A DNA stretch of 64,000 nt, from assembly GCA_035529595.1 (NCBI GenBank), contig DATKWK010000023.1, forward strand, positions 78,517 to 142,516, in the 5' to 3' direction. The notes beneath the pieces are model-generated. The model worked only from the letters and a program-made list of their open reading frames with translations, was not told where the DNA came from and did not search any database. Each line of letters starts with the position of its first letter. Positions within the stretch are counted from its first letter, which is position 1. Shown here one piece after another: positions 9,551-17,903 of this stretch. Origin of the DNA: Candidatus Bathyarchaeia archaeon (GTDB lineage: Bacteria; Patescibacteriota; Microgenomatia; PFEM01; JAFGMK01). The translations under genes and the position numbers were made by a program.

Positions 9551-10086
9551 ATTTGAGTTAGTTGATATGTCCAACCAGGTTGCCATTTCCAAGGGGCTGG
9601 AATGACTTCTTTTAAAGGTAAACCTTTAATTAAATGTTCTAATCCATATTGAGTAGCCCTGTGTCCAATTATCATTACCTTCTTATTATCATAATCTCTA
9701 AGCAAGTCCCGGAGAAAATTTTCCATTCTTTCTGAACATTGAGAATAGCTTTCTCCATTAGGAAAGGGGACATTAATTCTTTTTGGTTTTTCTGCATCAA
9801 CCTCACTACTTGGATGTTGGGTATAATCTCCGTAATCGCACTCTCTTAATCTTTTATCTTGAATGATTGGAAGGTTTCTGTTTGGAAATGCAATCTCTCC
9901 AGTTTTGTATGATCTTTGTAAGTCAGAACAGAAGATTGCATCAAAAGTGACATTCTTGTATCTTTCTCCCAGCTCTGCAGCTTGTTTTTCTCCAAGTGAG
10001 GAAAGTTCCACATCAAAATGTCCAGAAGAAAGATGTGTTTCGTTATCTTTAGTTGTTCCGTGTGATTCAAAAACTACTTCAACCAT
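9547..10086 (-). CDS. Histidine phosphatase (phosphoglycerate-mutase-like) family protein with atypical SHG instead of RHG
   Basis: VVFESHGTTKDNE (RHG-like motif, R replaced by S) and downstream IIGHRATQ (second conserved His). Confidence 0.6.
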   Translation of the reverse strand: MVEVVFESHGTTKDNETHLSSGHFDVELSSLGEKQAAELGERYKNVTFDAIFCSDLQRSYKTGEIAFPNRNLPIIQDKRLRECDYGDYTQHPSSEVDAEKPKRINVPFPNGESYSQCSERMENFLRDLLRDYDNKKVMIIGHRATQYGLEHLIKGLPLKEVIPAPWKWQPGWTYQLTQI

Positions 10087-10101
10087 ACGGGAATTCTAAC
10101 A

Positions 10102-10270
10102 CATTTGAGCCTAAAAAGCAGGCCTTAGTTGACGACATTCCCACCTCCAAGGTGTGTTTCCCCTTGCTGGTAAACACCTTCTTTCACTTCGGAGGTGCTT
10201 TTCTTCCTGTACCTTGGGAAGGTAAGGAATATCACCTTCAAGTTGTAAAAGTCCTGTTTCGAAGGGTATA
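10102..10270 (+). repeat. Cassette-boundary repeat copy 8 (5' core TTGAGCCTAAAAAGCAGG followed by a palindrome-rich module: CACCTCCAAGGTG, CACTTCGGAGGTG, CACCTTCAAGTTG)
   Basis: The core is truncated after AGCAGG. The downstream segment carries the same palindrome type as the upstream modules of copies 3 and 4. Confidence 0.55.
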
Positions 10271-10279
10271 TTTGGCGCC

Positions 10280-10549
10280 CTAATCTGTTTCAAGTGTGTT
10301 TTTAAGCATCTGCTTTATTCTTCGCCAACCAGCGGTTGTTTTAAAGTATTTTTCGCAGCTGATCGCGTCTTTTTGATTATTAAACGAACAATAGAAAATT
10401 AATTCGTAAGGAACATTAGGTTTAGTGGCTTTATTCTCGCCTTGATTATGTTCTTTTAGCCTGATTTTTAGGTCAGAAGTGAAGCCAATGTAAAGCTTAT
10501 TATTTCTCTTACTTCTGAGAATGTAAGTATAGAAGTACTGGCCGGCCAC
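10280..10549 (-). CDS. GIY-YIG nuclease domain protein (small stand-alone, 89 aa)
   Basis: YFYTYILRS..NKLYIGFTSDLKIRLKEHN = GIY...YIG motif with conserved R and E/N. Confidence 0.75.
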   Translation of the reverse strand: MAGQYFYTYILRSKRNNKLYIGFTSDLKIRLKEHNQGENKATKPNVPYELIFYCSFNNQKDAISCEKYFKTTAGWRRIKQMLKNTLETD

Positions 10550-10642
10550 GTTCAGTGTGATTTCTCCTTTCCGAATCGACTAGTCAAATCTTTTTAAATT
10601 AGTTGACATAAACTCGATACATATTTAGTTGACACATGAACG

Positions 10643-10716
10643 TGGCAGGGGCGGAGGGAATCGAACCCCCGATTGCTGTTTTGGAGACAGCAGTTATACC
10701 ACTTAACTACGCCCCT
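10643..10716 (-). tRNA. tRNA-Trp (anticodon CCA), 3'-CCA encoded
   Basis: rc = AGGGGCGTAGTTAAGTGGTATAACTGCTGTCTCCAAAACAGCAATCGGGGGTTCGATTCCCTCCGCCCCTGCCA. Anticodon loop CUCCAAA; 7-bp acceptor stem. Confidence 0.85.
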
Positions 10717-10803
10717 AGATATTTAAAAGCTATTATACATTGCTTCTGGCTCTTAAAACAGAGGAGTGTTTATTTGGTTGGCAATGGTGATCTTTCGGAA
10801 AAG

Positions 10804-10977
10804 CTACTTCAGCTTGCTGGTTTCCTTGTGAATAGTATGCTTGCGGCAACGTCGACAATATTTCTTAAGCTCCAGCTTGTCCGGGGTGTTAACTTTATTT
10901 TTTTCGGTCACGTAGTTTTGCGATTTGCAAACAGTGCAAACTAAAGCCGAGATTTGCCTTGGTCCTTTTTTCGCCAT
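10804..10977 (-). CDS. rpmG: 50S ribosomal protein L33 (57 aa), not in the supplied ORF track
   Basis: Translates to [57 protein letters not shown] with a CxxC...CxxC zinc ribbon. RBS GGAGG 9 nt upstream. Classic rpmG-tRNA-Trp linkage. Confidence 0.85.
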   Translation of the reverse strand: MAKKGPRQISALVCTVCKSQNYVTEKNKVNTPDKLELKKYCRRCRKHTIHKETSKLK

Positions 10978-11086
10978 ATTTTTAGCCTCCTAAAGGAGAT
11001 TCTATCACGAAAAATGAAAAAAAGAAAATGAAATCTCTAGCTTCCGAAAGTGGGGAATTAATAAAGTTCTTCAAAACCTCGGAATT

Positions 11087-11539
11087 TCAGATTTTGATTC
11101 GGTAGGGCTTGCGGATAACTATACCTGATTTGAGTTTGGAATCGATAGTCAAACGGGCGTTTTGGATATTGCCATGCCAGCGGCAGTAGCTCCCCGAGCA
11201 GGTACCGAATAAAAGCTCCCGTTGTTGGCCGGCTGTTTCCTGTGTGGCGGTTCCCATCGCTCCCTGAGAAATTCCATTGCTGGTATAGGTTAGAGTGTAA
11301 GTTACAGAAACGGCATCGCCGAAATCCCCGAAATTGATTAATACCCCCAGGCGGTCGGGTCTTAATTTGACTGAAGACTTGACACCCCGGCTCCGGCTAT
11401 AATTTGTCGTAGTGGTAGCAGTAGTTTTGGTACCCCGAGACGGTCGAGCTTTGGCTGCCAAAGAGAAGTCAGCCGTTATCAGGGCTAATAACCAAAGCGA
11501 GAGTGAAAAGAAAATAATCAGCCTTTTTTTTCTATTCAT
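11087..11539 (-). CDS. Secreted hypothetical protein (150 aa)
   Basis: N-terminal signal-like hydrophobic segment; Thr-rich linker. Confidence 0.4.
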   Translation of the reverse strand: MNRKKRLIIFFSLSLWLLALITADFSLAAKARPSRGTKTTATTTTNYSRSRGVKSSVKLRPDRLGVLINFGDFGDAVSVTYTLTYTSNGISQGAMGTATQETAGQQRELLFGTCSGSYCRWHGNIQNARLTIDSKLKSGIVIRKPYRIKI

Positions 11540-11634
11540 ATTTCCGCTCTTGCCAACTTAGTTAAAAGAAGATAAACTGGCATTAGTAAAACAATAATAT
11601 ATTTAGCGCTATTTGGCAACCACTAAATAGAATA

Positions 11635-12288
11635 ATGTCGCAAACCAATCTCAAAAAAAACTTGATTATTTTAATCATTATTATCGCTGTTGCCGGTCTG
11701 GTGTCGGTGGGAATATTTCTGTCAAAAAAGATTTTTGAAAAGCCGGGCTTAGTCGAGCCTATTCTGCCAGAAGAACTGCCCCAGAAGGCGGTAACGATGT
11801 CAGTGTGGGAAGACCCGGCCGGTTTTACTTTTTCTTATCCGGCGGAAGTCAAGATTGACCCGCATGAAGAAGACGAAGAAAATTATGCCCATCTTGACTT
11901 AACGTCGCCTGATTACGAAGGCAACATTGTGATTTGGGTCAAAGACACGAAATATCGGACTATTGATAGTTGGTTAAAAGACGAAGGGACTGACGGCCAG
12001 GCAGTTGATACTGAGTTAGGAGGCGAGCCGGCCAAAAAAGTTGTCTACAGTAATCCGGAAAAGATAATTACGGCGGCCATCGATGTTGACGCTTTGGTAT
12101 TGATTGAAATGACTCCTGATCTACGCGGTTATTGGCAAGATGTTTACAGTAAAGTTCTCGATACTTTTGTATTTATTCCTATAGGACAGCAAAACGAAGG
12201 CACAAAATCTTCTCAGCCGGCCAGTGAAGAAAGCGGTACGGGTACGTCGGGCAATATTATCATGGAGCCTGAAGAAGTGATTGAATAG
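11635..12288 (+). CDS. Membrane-anchored hypothetical protein (217 aa)
   Basis: N-terminal TM helix; acidic C-terminus. Confidence 0.4.
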   Translation: MSQTNLKKNLIILIIIIAVAGLVSVGIFLSKKIFEKPGLVEPILPEELPQKAVTMSVWEDPAGFTFSYPAEVKIDPHEEDEENYAHLDLTSPDYEGNIVIWVKDTKYRTIDSWLKDEGTDGQAVDTELGGEPAKKVVYSNPEKIITAAIDVDALVLIEMTPDLRGYWQDVYSKVLDTFVFIPIGQQNEGTKSSQPASEESGTGTSGNIIMEPEEVIE

Positions 12289-12315
12289 GTCTTCAAAAGT
12301 TACCGCTTGGGATGA

Positions 12316-13665
12316 ATGAGATTTAAAAGGACCATTTGCAGTTTTTTGATTCCGTTCGCTATCTTTCTGGGTTTTATTTACCTCTCTTTTCGCTTAACCG
12401 CATTTCCCAGTTTGTTCAATAACCAAGCCGATGGTTTTGCTTATTATTTGCCGTTACGTTCTTTTTATTTTGATGGTGATTTTCGTTTTGCCGATGAAAA
12501 TTCATACTTTGAATCTCTGACCGGCTGCCTACCTTATGACTGGCGTCATGTGACTGAGACCGGACACTCCGTTTATCATTATTCAGTTGGCCCGTCTTTT
12601 CTTTGGCTGCCGTTTGCCAAGCTTTTTTCAACCGAATACCGGGTTGCACCTCACTTATTGCTTGAATCAAAACAGCTCAACAGACCGCCGCCAATCGGTT
12701 TTTTCGGCAGCTCCTTTAAAAGCTTAGTTTTGGGAACTTATTTTTACGGAATCGTCGGCTTGATATTAATTTATTTATTTTTAAAACAAGTTACCAAGGG
12801 AAGTGGGTATTTATACTGGTTGACGGTAGTATTGATCTTTGGCGCTACCCCGTTTGTCTATTATTTTTTATACCAACCCTTAATGCCCCATGTGATGTCG
12901 GCTTTCTCAAATAGCCTTTTTCTATATTTTTGGTCGCGACGGATTGCAAGCAAGAGAAACCTTGATTGGTTTCTGGCCGGTCTTATTCTCGGGTTGGCCG
13001 CTTTAATCAAATGGCCTAACTTTCTCTTAGTTTTTTTCTTGATGATCGAATTAATTTTTGACGTCAAAGATAAACGAACCGGTTTTGTTCACGGAGCAGC
13101 GGCTTTTTTATTATGCATGGTAGGGTTTTTGATTACCTTTTCACCTCAGCTGATATTTTGGAAACAGGTCTATAGACGTATTTTAGTTATCCCCCAGGGA
13201 GCCGGCTTTTTTTCTTTAAAGATCACCAATTTTTTTAAATTTTTATTTTCGTGGCACCATGGCCTTTTTAGCTGGCACCCGCTTTTTTTACTCGCGATTA
13301 TCGGATATCTTATTTCCATTTTTAAAAAAAAAGATATTCGCTTGGCCGGAAGCAATAAAATACTTCTCTGGTCGAGCGTTTTAACCTTGGCGGCGGCAGC
13401 CATGATTTCCGGTCTCAATATCGATTGGCACGGCAGCGATTCTTTCGGAGCCCGACGGATGGTTGATTTCAGTCCGCTTTTTGCTTTAGGTCTTTTTTGG
13501 TTTTTACGGCGGTTCAGGAAAAAGCTGACCTATGTTTTCCCGATTTTGGTTGTTCTTATAGTTTATAATCTGTTATTTGCTATCCAGTATGCTCAATGGA
13601 AACTGGGGCATTTCGGACCGGTGTCTCCGGTTCAGGTGATACAAAATACTTTGAAAAATATGTAA
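12316..13665 (+). CDS. Polytopic membrane protein (449 aa), possibly a GT-C-type glycosyltransferase
   Basis: About 10-12 predicted TM helices. No definitive motif. Confidence 0.4.
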   Translation: MRFKRTICSFLIPFAIFLGFIYLSFRLTAFPSLFNNQADGFAYYLPLRSFYFDGDFRFADENSYFESLTGCLPYDWRHVTETGHSVYHYSVGPSFLWLPFAKLFSTEYRVAPHLLLESKQLNRPPPIGFFGSSFKSLVLGTYFYGIVGLILIYLFLKQVTKGSGYLYWLTVVLIFGATPFVYYFLYQPLMPHVMSAFSNSLFLYFWSRRIASKRNLDWFLAGLILGLAALIKWPNFLLVFFLMIELIFDVKDKRTGFVHGAAAFLLCMVGFLITFSPQLIFWKQVYRRILVIPQGAGFFSLKITNFFKFLFSWHHGLFSWHPLFLLAIIGYLISIFKKKDIRLAGSNKILLWSSVLTLAAAAMISGLNIDWHGSDSFGARRMVDFSPLFALGLFWFLRRFRKKLTYVFPILVVLIVYNLLFAIQYAQWKLGHFGPVSPVQVIQNTLKNM

Positions 13666-13712
13666 TAATCCTATCAGGATGCTTATTAAAATTTGTTTTA
13701 GGAGAGTATAAA

Positions 13713-15170
13713 ATGGCTAACGGTGAAAGTAGAACTCCAAGTGCAATTTTTGAGCCAGTTGGCGGTTCGGCGATAAAGGTTGCTCCTACGCAGGATCTAA
13801 TTGGCATTCTTCGTGACCAAAAAGGGCTGCCTGATGTTGGCACAGAGCCTTTTAGGGTTAAAATGGGAACCTCCGGGGGTGGTTCAGTAACTAGCGCTGA
13901 AGGAAGATTTCATTCTTGGGTCTTTAACCCCTTAGGGACAGTGATTCTGGCTTTTGCCAAGGAAAACCGTGGAAAGCTTGAGATTATCGGCTTAGCAGTC
14001 GGCGGTGAACACTTTACTCTTACTCCGGAGGATGTTGGTACAATCGTCATGATCAATGATAAAGCGACTATGGTTTACCAAGGCCAGGAGGGGCGTGAGG
14101 CAGTTTTTACGCCAGTGCGGGCGCGTTCAGCTTTAGAATTTAAAGAAGAGCCGGCATTGCCGGTTCTTCTTCCGGAAGCCAACAAAGACAATTTCCCTCA
14201 AATTGTCAAATCATTAATCGGCATTGAAGGGATTAACCAGCCTCTAACCGATGATGAACTGGGAAGACTTCTGTGGCAGGCAGGGAGGTTAATTACTGGT
14301 CCCTTGGACAGAGGTGGTTATCCGCCGGAGATATCCATTCGGGCTTTGGCCGCAGCGGTAGTTGCTCATCGCTCTTATGTGGAGGTTAGTCGTCGTTTTG
14401 ACTGGCAGGTAGAGCAGATACTGCCGGCAGAAGTTTTATCGGAAAACCGGCAATTAATGCCCGTATTTAAGGCTTTGACCCGATTGGCGAATGAAGTTGG
14501 TAAAGTTCACCGGACTCCCGGAGTATCGGAAGCGGAAAGCAATATCTGGCAACCGCGGCAGAATCGTGTCGGCCGATTCCAATTGACGACCTTTGCTTTT
14601 CCGGCAATTCATATTAAAGATAGTCGTGGCCAAGAGACGTGCCAGCCTTTTTTGGTTGCTTGTGCTGACGAGGAATTGCCGGTGGCTCAGCAGGAGTTAC
14701 TGAAGAGAATGGCCGTTCTATTTGGGTTGTCGTCCCAGGGAAAGACAGCCCAGGCAGAAGTTCTTCTTACCAGCCAGATCTTACCCGCCGGGGTGATGGA
14801 GGAAGCTTTTGTCCATCTGCTGCCAGCCGATCAGACTGAAGGCAGTGATCAAGTTGATTTTAATTTAATCTTAAACTTGTTTGGCCAGGATTCAGGAAGC
14901 GTCAGCCTTCTCTTACCGCGGAATTCCCCATTTATTAAGGGGCTTATTAGCCGGGGATTGCTAGCCCAAGGCCGGCAATCCTCAGGAAAAAACATGACCG
15001 GTGATTGGGTCCTCTGTGATCGTTGTACGATGACTCAAGGTGATTCGGTTCAATTCATGGCGATGTATATTTCCGGAAAAAATGTTGAAAACGAGGTAGT
15101 GACGGTGAGTTCCAAATTAGCTTGCCCGGGTGCAATGGTGGTTGTTGTTGCCCGTCCTTTTCGGGATTGA
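13713..15170 (+). CDS. Hypothetical protein (about 485 aa), high-GC (about 50 %) relative to neighbours
   Basis: Start chosen at ATG 13713 (RBS AGGAGAG); the track ORF from 13596 overlaps the preceding gene. Confidence 0.45.
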   Translation: MANGESRTPSAIFEPVGGSAIKVAPTQDLIGILRDQKGLPDVGTEPFRVKMGTSGGGSVTSAEGRFHSWVFNPLGTVILAFAKENRGKLEIIGLAVGGEHFTLTPEDVGTIVMINDKATMVYQGQEGREAVFTPVRARSALEFKEEPALPVLLPEANKDNFPQIVKSLIGIEGINQPLTDDELGRLLWQAGRLITGPLDRGGYPPEISIRALAAAVVAHRSYVEVSRRFDWQVEQILPAEVLSENRQLMPVFKALTRLANEVGKVHRTPGVSEAESNIWQPRQNRVGRFQLTTFAFPAIHIKDSRGQETCQPFLVACADEELPVAQQELLKRMAVLFGLSSQGKTAQAEVLLTSQILPAGVMEEAFVHLLPADQTEGSDQVDFNLILNLFGQDSGSVSLLLPRNSPFIKGLISRGLLAQGRQSSGKNMTGDWVLCDRCTMTQGDSVQFMAMYISGKNVENEVVTVSSKLACPGAMVVVVARPFRD

Positions 15171-15229
15171 AAAAGATTCAGGACGAAGAGCTATTTTTCA
15201 TGTGAAGCAAAGCTTTTTGAGCCTGGAGT

Positions 15230-15302
15230 GGGGGTCGAACCCACGACCTCATTCTTACCAAGAATGTGCTCTGCCAACTGAGCTATCCAGGCTTTGGCTT
15301 TC
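15230..15302 (-). tRNA. tRNA-Thr (anticodon GGT)
   Basis: rc = GCCTGGATAGCTCAGTTGGCAGAGCACATTCTTGGTAAGAATGAGGTCGTGGGTTCGACCCCCACTCCAGGCT. Anticodon loop UUGGUAA. Confidence 0.85.
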
Positions 15303-15334
15303 TTAAAATATTATAGATTCCAAGTGCCGGGAGC

Positions 15335-15417
15335 AGGATTTGCACCTACGAAGGCTTGCGCCAGCGGTTTTACAGACCGCTCCGTTTGACTACTTCGGTA
15401 TCCCGGCAGGAATTTCT
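15335..15417 (-). tRNA. tRNA-Tyr (anticodon GTA), long variable arm
   Basis: rc = GCCGGGATACCGAAGTAGTC...GCGGTCTGTAAAACCGC...(long extra arm)...GGTGCAAATCCTGCTCCCGGCA. 83 nt. Confidence 0.8.
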
Positions 15418-15472
15418 TTTGCAAATTATACCAAATTATTTAGATTCTAACCCACACCTTAGCCTCTTTTAG

Positions 15473-15546
15473 AGCTGGAGGTGGGATTCGAACCCACGAC
15501 CGATGGTTTACAAAACCATTGCTCTGGCCAACTGAGCTACTCCAGC
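15473..15546 (-). tRNA. tRNA-Thr (anticodon TGT)
   Basis: rc = GCTGGAGTAGCTCAGTTGGCCAGAGCAATGGTTTTGTAAACCATCGGTCGTGGGTTCGAATCCCACCTCCAGC. Anticodon loop UUUGUAA. Confidence 0.8.
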
Positions 15547-15833
15547 AAAAAACTTTTATAGGGATAATTTTAGCAAAAGAAGGCATAAATAGAAAGATTA
15601 ATCTTTGGGGTAAAAGAAACCCGCCGTGCAGGTGACCCAAAGGTTTTTTCCCGTAAAAGGGAAAAAGTGGTTAGGCTGGTCCGATACCCACGGGTATCAT
15701 GACACTTTGCCCTACCATGCTATAAAGCTGTAAGGGAGAAAACGCCCTCAGATCAAATCCCATCACGGCAGGCTAACTTTTAGAATAGCAAATTTAACCT
15801 TTTAAGTCAATCAGATTTTATTGTTTTTTGAGG

Positions 15834-16481
15834 TTAAATTAGCGGGTAGGAAGGCAATAATAAGTTTAGGAAAAAATTAATTATCGGGGATAGCAGATAA
15901 GAAATCAGCGAGCGGCCAAAAAAGGGAAATATTAAAAAAATAAGCAGGATCTGTCCGTATTGGTTTAAGAACTCATCGATTTTGTAGGCTGTTTCTCTGG
16001 GCAAGAAGCCGACGATTGCTTTTCCGCCATCAAGTGGATGAATCGGAAGAAGGTTAAAAAACCCCAGAGAGACATTGTTAATAATTATCAGAAAGATTAC
16101 TTGGTAAACAATTGAACCGGCTGGATTAAGAGGTAAACGGGCAAGTCTTAAAAGAATGGCGAAAGCACCAGCTAAGCCGAAATTTGCCGCCGGTCCGGCT
16201 AAAGATACCAGGCCGGTGTCCCGCCTTAAATTACGGAAATTAAAGACATCAATCACCACCGGTTTAGCCCAGCCAAAAACGATCGGAGAGCCGGAAAGGA
16301 TCAGAAAAAGCGGTAAAACGACTGTTCCTAAGGGGTCCAGGTGAGCTAGGGGATTAAGGGTAAGTCGGCCGGCCAGCTTTGGATTGGGGTCGCCTAATTT
16401 ATCAGCCGTCCAAGCGTGAGCAAATTCATGAATAGTCAAAGCAACCAGAAAGCTTAAGGCAATTAAAACCAACTGAATCAT
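15834..16481 (-). CDS. Site-2 protease family (peptidase M50B) membrane metalloprotease
   Basis: HEFAHA (HExxH) and LLPIHPLDGG (LDG motif); multiple TM helices. Confidence 0.75.
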   Translation of the reverse strand: MIQLVLIALSFLVALTIHEFAHAWTADKLGDPNPKLAGRLTLNPLAHLDPLGTVVLPLFLILSGSPIVFGWAKPVVIDVFNFRNLRRDTGLVSLAGPAANFGLAGAFAILLRLARLPLNPAGSIVYQVIFLIIINNVSLGFFNLLPIHPLDGGKAIVGFLPRETAYKIDEFLNQYGQILLIFLIFPFFGRSLISYLLSPIINFFLNLLLPSYPLI

Positions 16482-16589
16482 AAAAGAGTCCTCTTTTATC
16501 CGAAAGCTAATTATGTTATAGTATATCGGATTATTTGATCATTGGGAAGCGCTTAATGCTATCGAAGATAGCAACAAGCGATTATAGAA

Positions 16590-17003
16590 ATGGCTAAGAC
16601 TCGTTGTCAACATTGCGGTAAAGGATCGTTGTACGGAAAAAAAATCGCCCGCGCCCGCCAGGGTTTAAATTACCGCAGCCCGAAAGTCTTTAAAGTAAAT
16701 TTGCATTCGTTAAAAATAGAGGTAAACGGTCGCAAGAAAAAACTTACCCTTTGTACTAAATGCTTGCGCAAGGTGAAGAAGGATTGGCAGGAGAGAAAAA
16801 AGAAGCAGGAGCTTCTCAAGACACGGGCGGAAGTAAAAAAGAAGCCGTCCAAAGGACGGTCGTCCTCCGGACGAAAAGGAGTCGGGAAACTAAAAAAGAC
16901 AGTCAAAAAAGAAAGAGTCAGTCGGAAAGAAGCGCGCGAAAAAAGAAAAAAAGAGAAAGAAGAAAAAGAAAAGAAAAAAACGGTTCCCCTTAACGAGTCC
17001 TGA
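16590..17003 (+). CDS. rpmB: 50S ribosomal protein L28 with long Lys/Glu-rich C-terminal extension
   Basis: MAKTRCQHCGKGSLYGKK...PKVFKVNLHS...LCTKCLRK pattern typical of bL28; the tail is low-complexity K/E-rich. Confidence 0.55.
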   Translation: MAKTRCQHCGKGSLYGKKIARARQGLNYRSPKVFKVNLHSLKIEVNGRKKKLTLCTKCLRKVKKDWQERKKKQELLKTRAEVKKKPSKGRSSSGRKGVGKLKKTVKKERVSRKEAREKRKKEKEEKEKKKTVPLNES

Positions 17004-17883
17004 TTATTTTTGCTTCCGGGTAGCCTTTTTGAAACTGGGCCCACCCGACAGGTTTTTTACCTTCTAATTGGATCTGGTCCAAAACTAATCTGTTCCTTTC
17101 CAAATGCGCCTTCAAGATTTTTAATCTTTTAATCTCTTTGATTTTTGTTTTTTGAGATTTGACTTTTACTTCCGTCCATGTTCCCGGCCAGGGAGACATC
17201 GCTCGAGTCAGACGCTCAATTTCGATATCCGGTCGCTGCCAGTTAATTTTCCCCGCTGATCGGGTTAATCTGATAGTGCAAGTTGCTTGAGAATGATTTT
17301 GAGATCGGAGCTTAAGTTTACCTCGAAGATAGTCAGACAATAATGCTATCAGCATTTCCGCCCCTAAAGAAAACAGTCTTTTCTGTAAGACAGGTGTCGT
17401 ATCGTCCGGTCTGATTTTTTCCTTACATTGGGCAAGAATCGGACCGTGGTCAAACAGTTTATCCATTTTAAAGATAGTAACTCCGGTTTCAGAGTCGCCG
17501 GCTAATATCGCCGCTTGGACGGGCGTCGTCCCGCGGTATTTAGGTAACAGAGATGGATGAATAACCAAAATCCCTTTAGGAAAAAGGTTAATTATTTCTT
17601 GGGGTATTTTGGCGCCGAATGAAGCTAAAATCCCTATATCTCCGCGGTACTTGCTTGTCATAATAGCCAAAGACAAGTCAGTAAGATTGAAAGTTGCTAA
17701 CCGATACTTATCCGCTAATCGACGAACCGGATTGGGAAGCGGCTTTTTTTCTCCTGTCCGGGATTTTTCCGGTAAAGTGATTACCGCTGTAATCCGACAA
17801 TTTTCAGACTTAAGAATTTTTGCTAAAATGATTGCCGAACGCCAATCTTGTCCGAAAAAAAAGATTGCCGATTTCTTGGTCAT
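16990..17883 (-). CDS. fmt: Methionyl-tRNA formyltransferase
   Basis: HPSLLPKYRGTTPVQAAILAGDSETGVTIFKMD...DHGPIL. The def gene is immediately downstream. Confidence 0.85.
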   Translation of the reverse strand: MTKKSAIFFFGQDWRSAIILAKILKSENCRITAVITLPEKSRTGEKKPLPNPVRRLADKYRLATFNLTDLSLAIMTSKYRGDIGILASFGAKIPQEIINLFPKGILVIHPSLLPKYRGTTPVQAAILAGDSETGVTIFKMDKLFDHGPILAQCKEKIRPDDTTPVLQKRLFSLGAEMLIALLSDYLRGKLKLRSQNHSQATCTIRLTRSAGKINWQRPDIEIERLTRAMSPWPGTWTEVKVKSQKTKIKEIKRLKILKAHLERNRLVLDQIQLEGKKPVGWAQFQKGYPEAKIIRTR

Positions 17884-17903
17884 TGATTATTAAATCAGTT
17901 TAA

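Noticed and set aside
875-10122. Cassette repeat as duplicated tRNA-Trp 3' end (att site)
   Set aside because: The tRNA-Trp 3' sequence (GGTTCGATTCCCTCCGCCCCTGCCA) shares no similarity with the repeat core.
10636-10944. 102-aa plus-strand ORF
   Set aside because: It overlaps tRNA-Trp and the antisense of the well-supported rpmG gene, so it is spurious.
16670-17044. Overlapping ORFs 16670-17044 (-) and 16760-16993 (+) in the L28 tail region
   Set aside because: They are alternative-frame readings of the purine-rich Lys/Glu-coding extension of rpmB, with no independent support.
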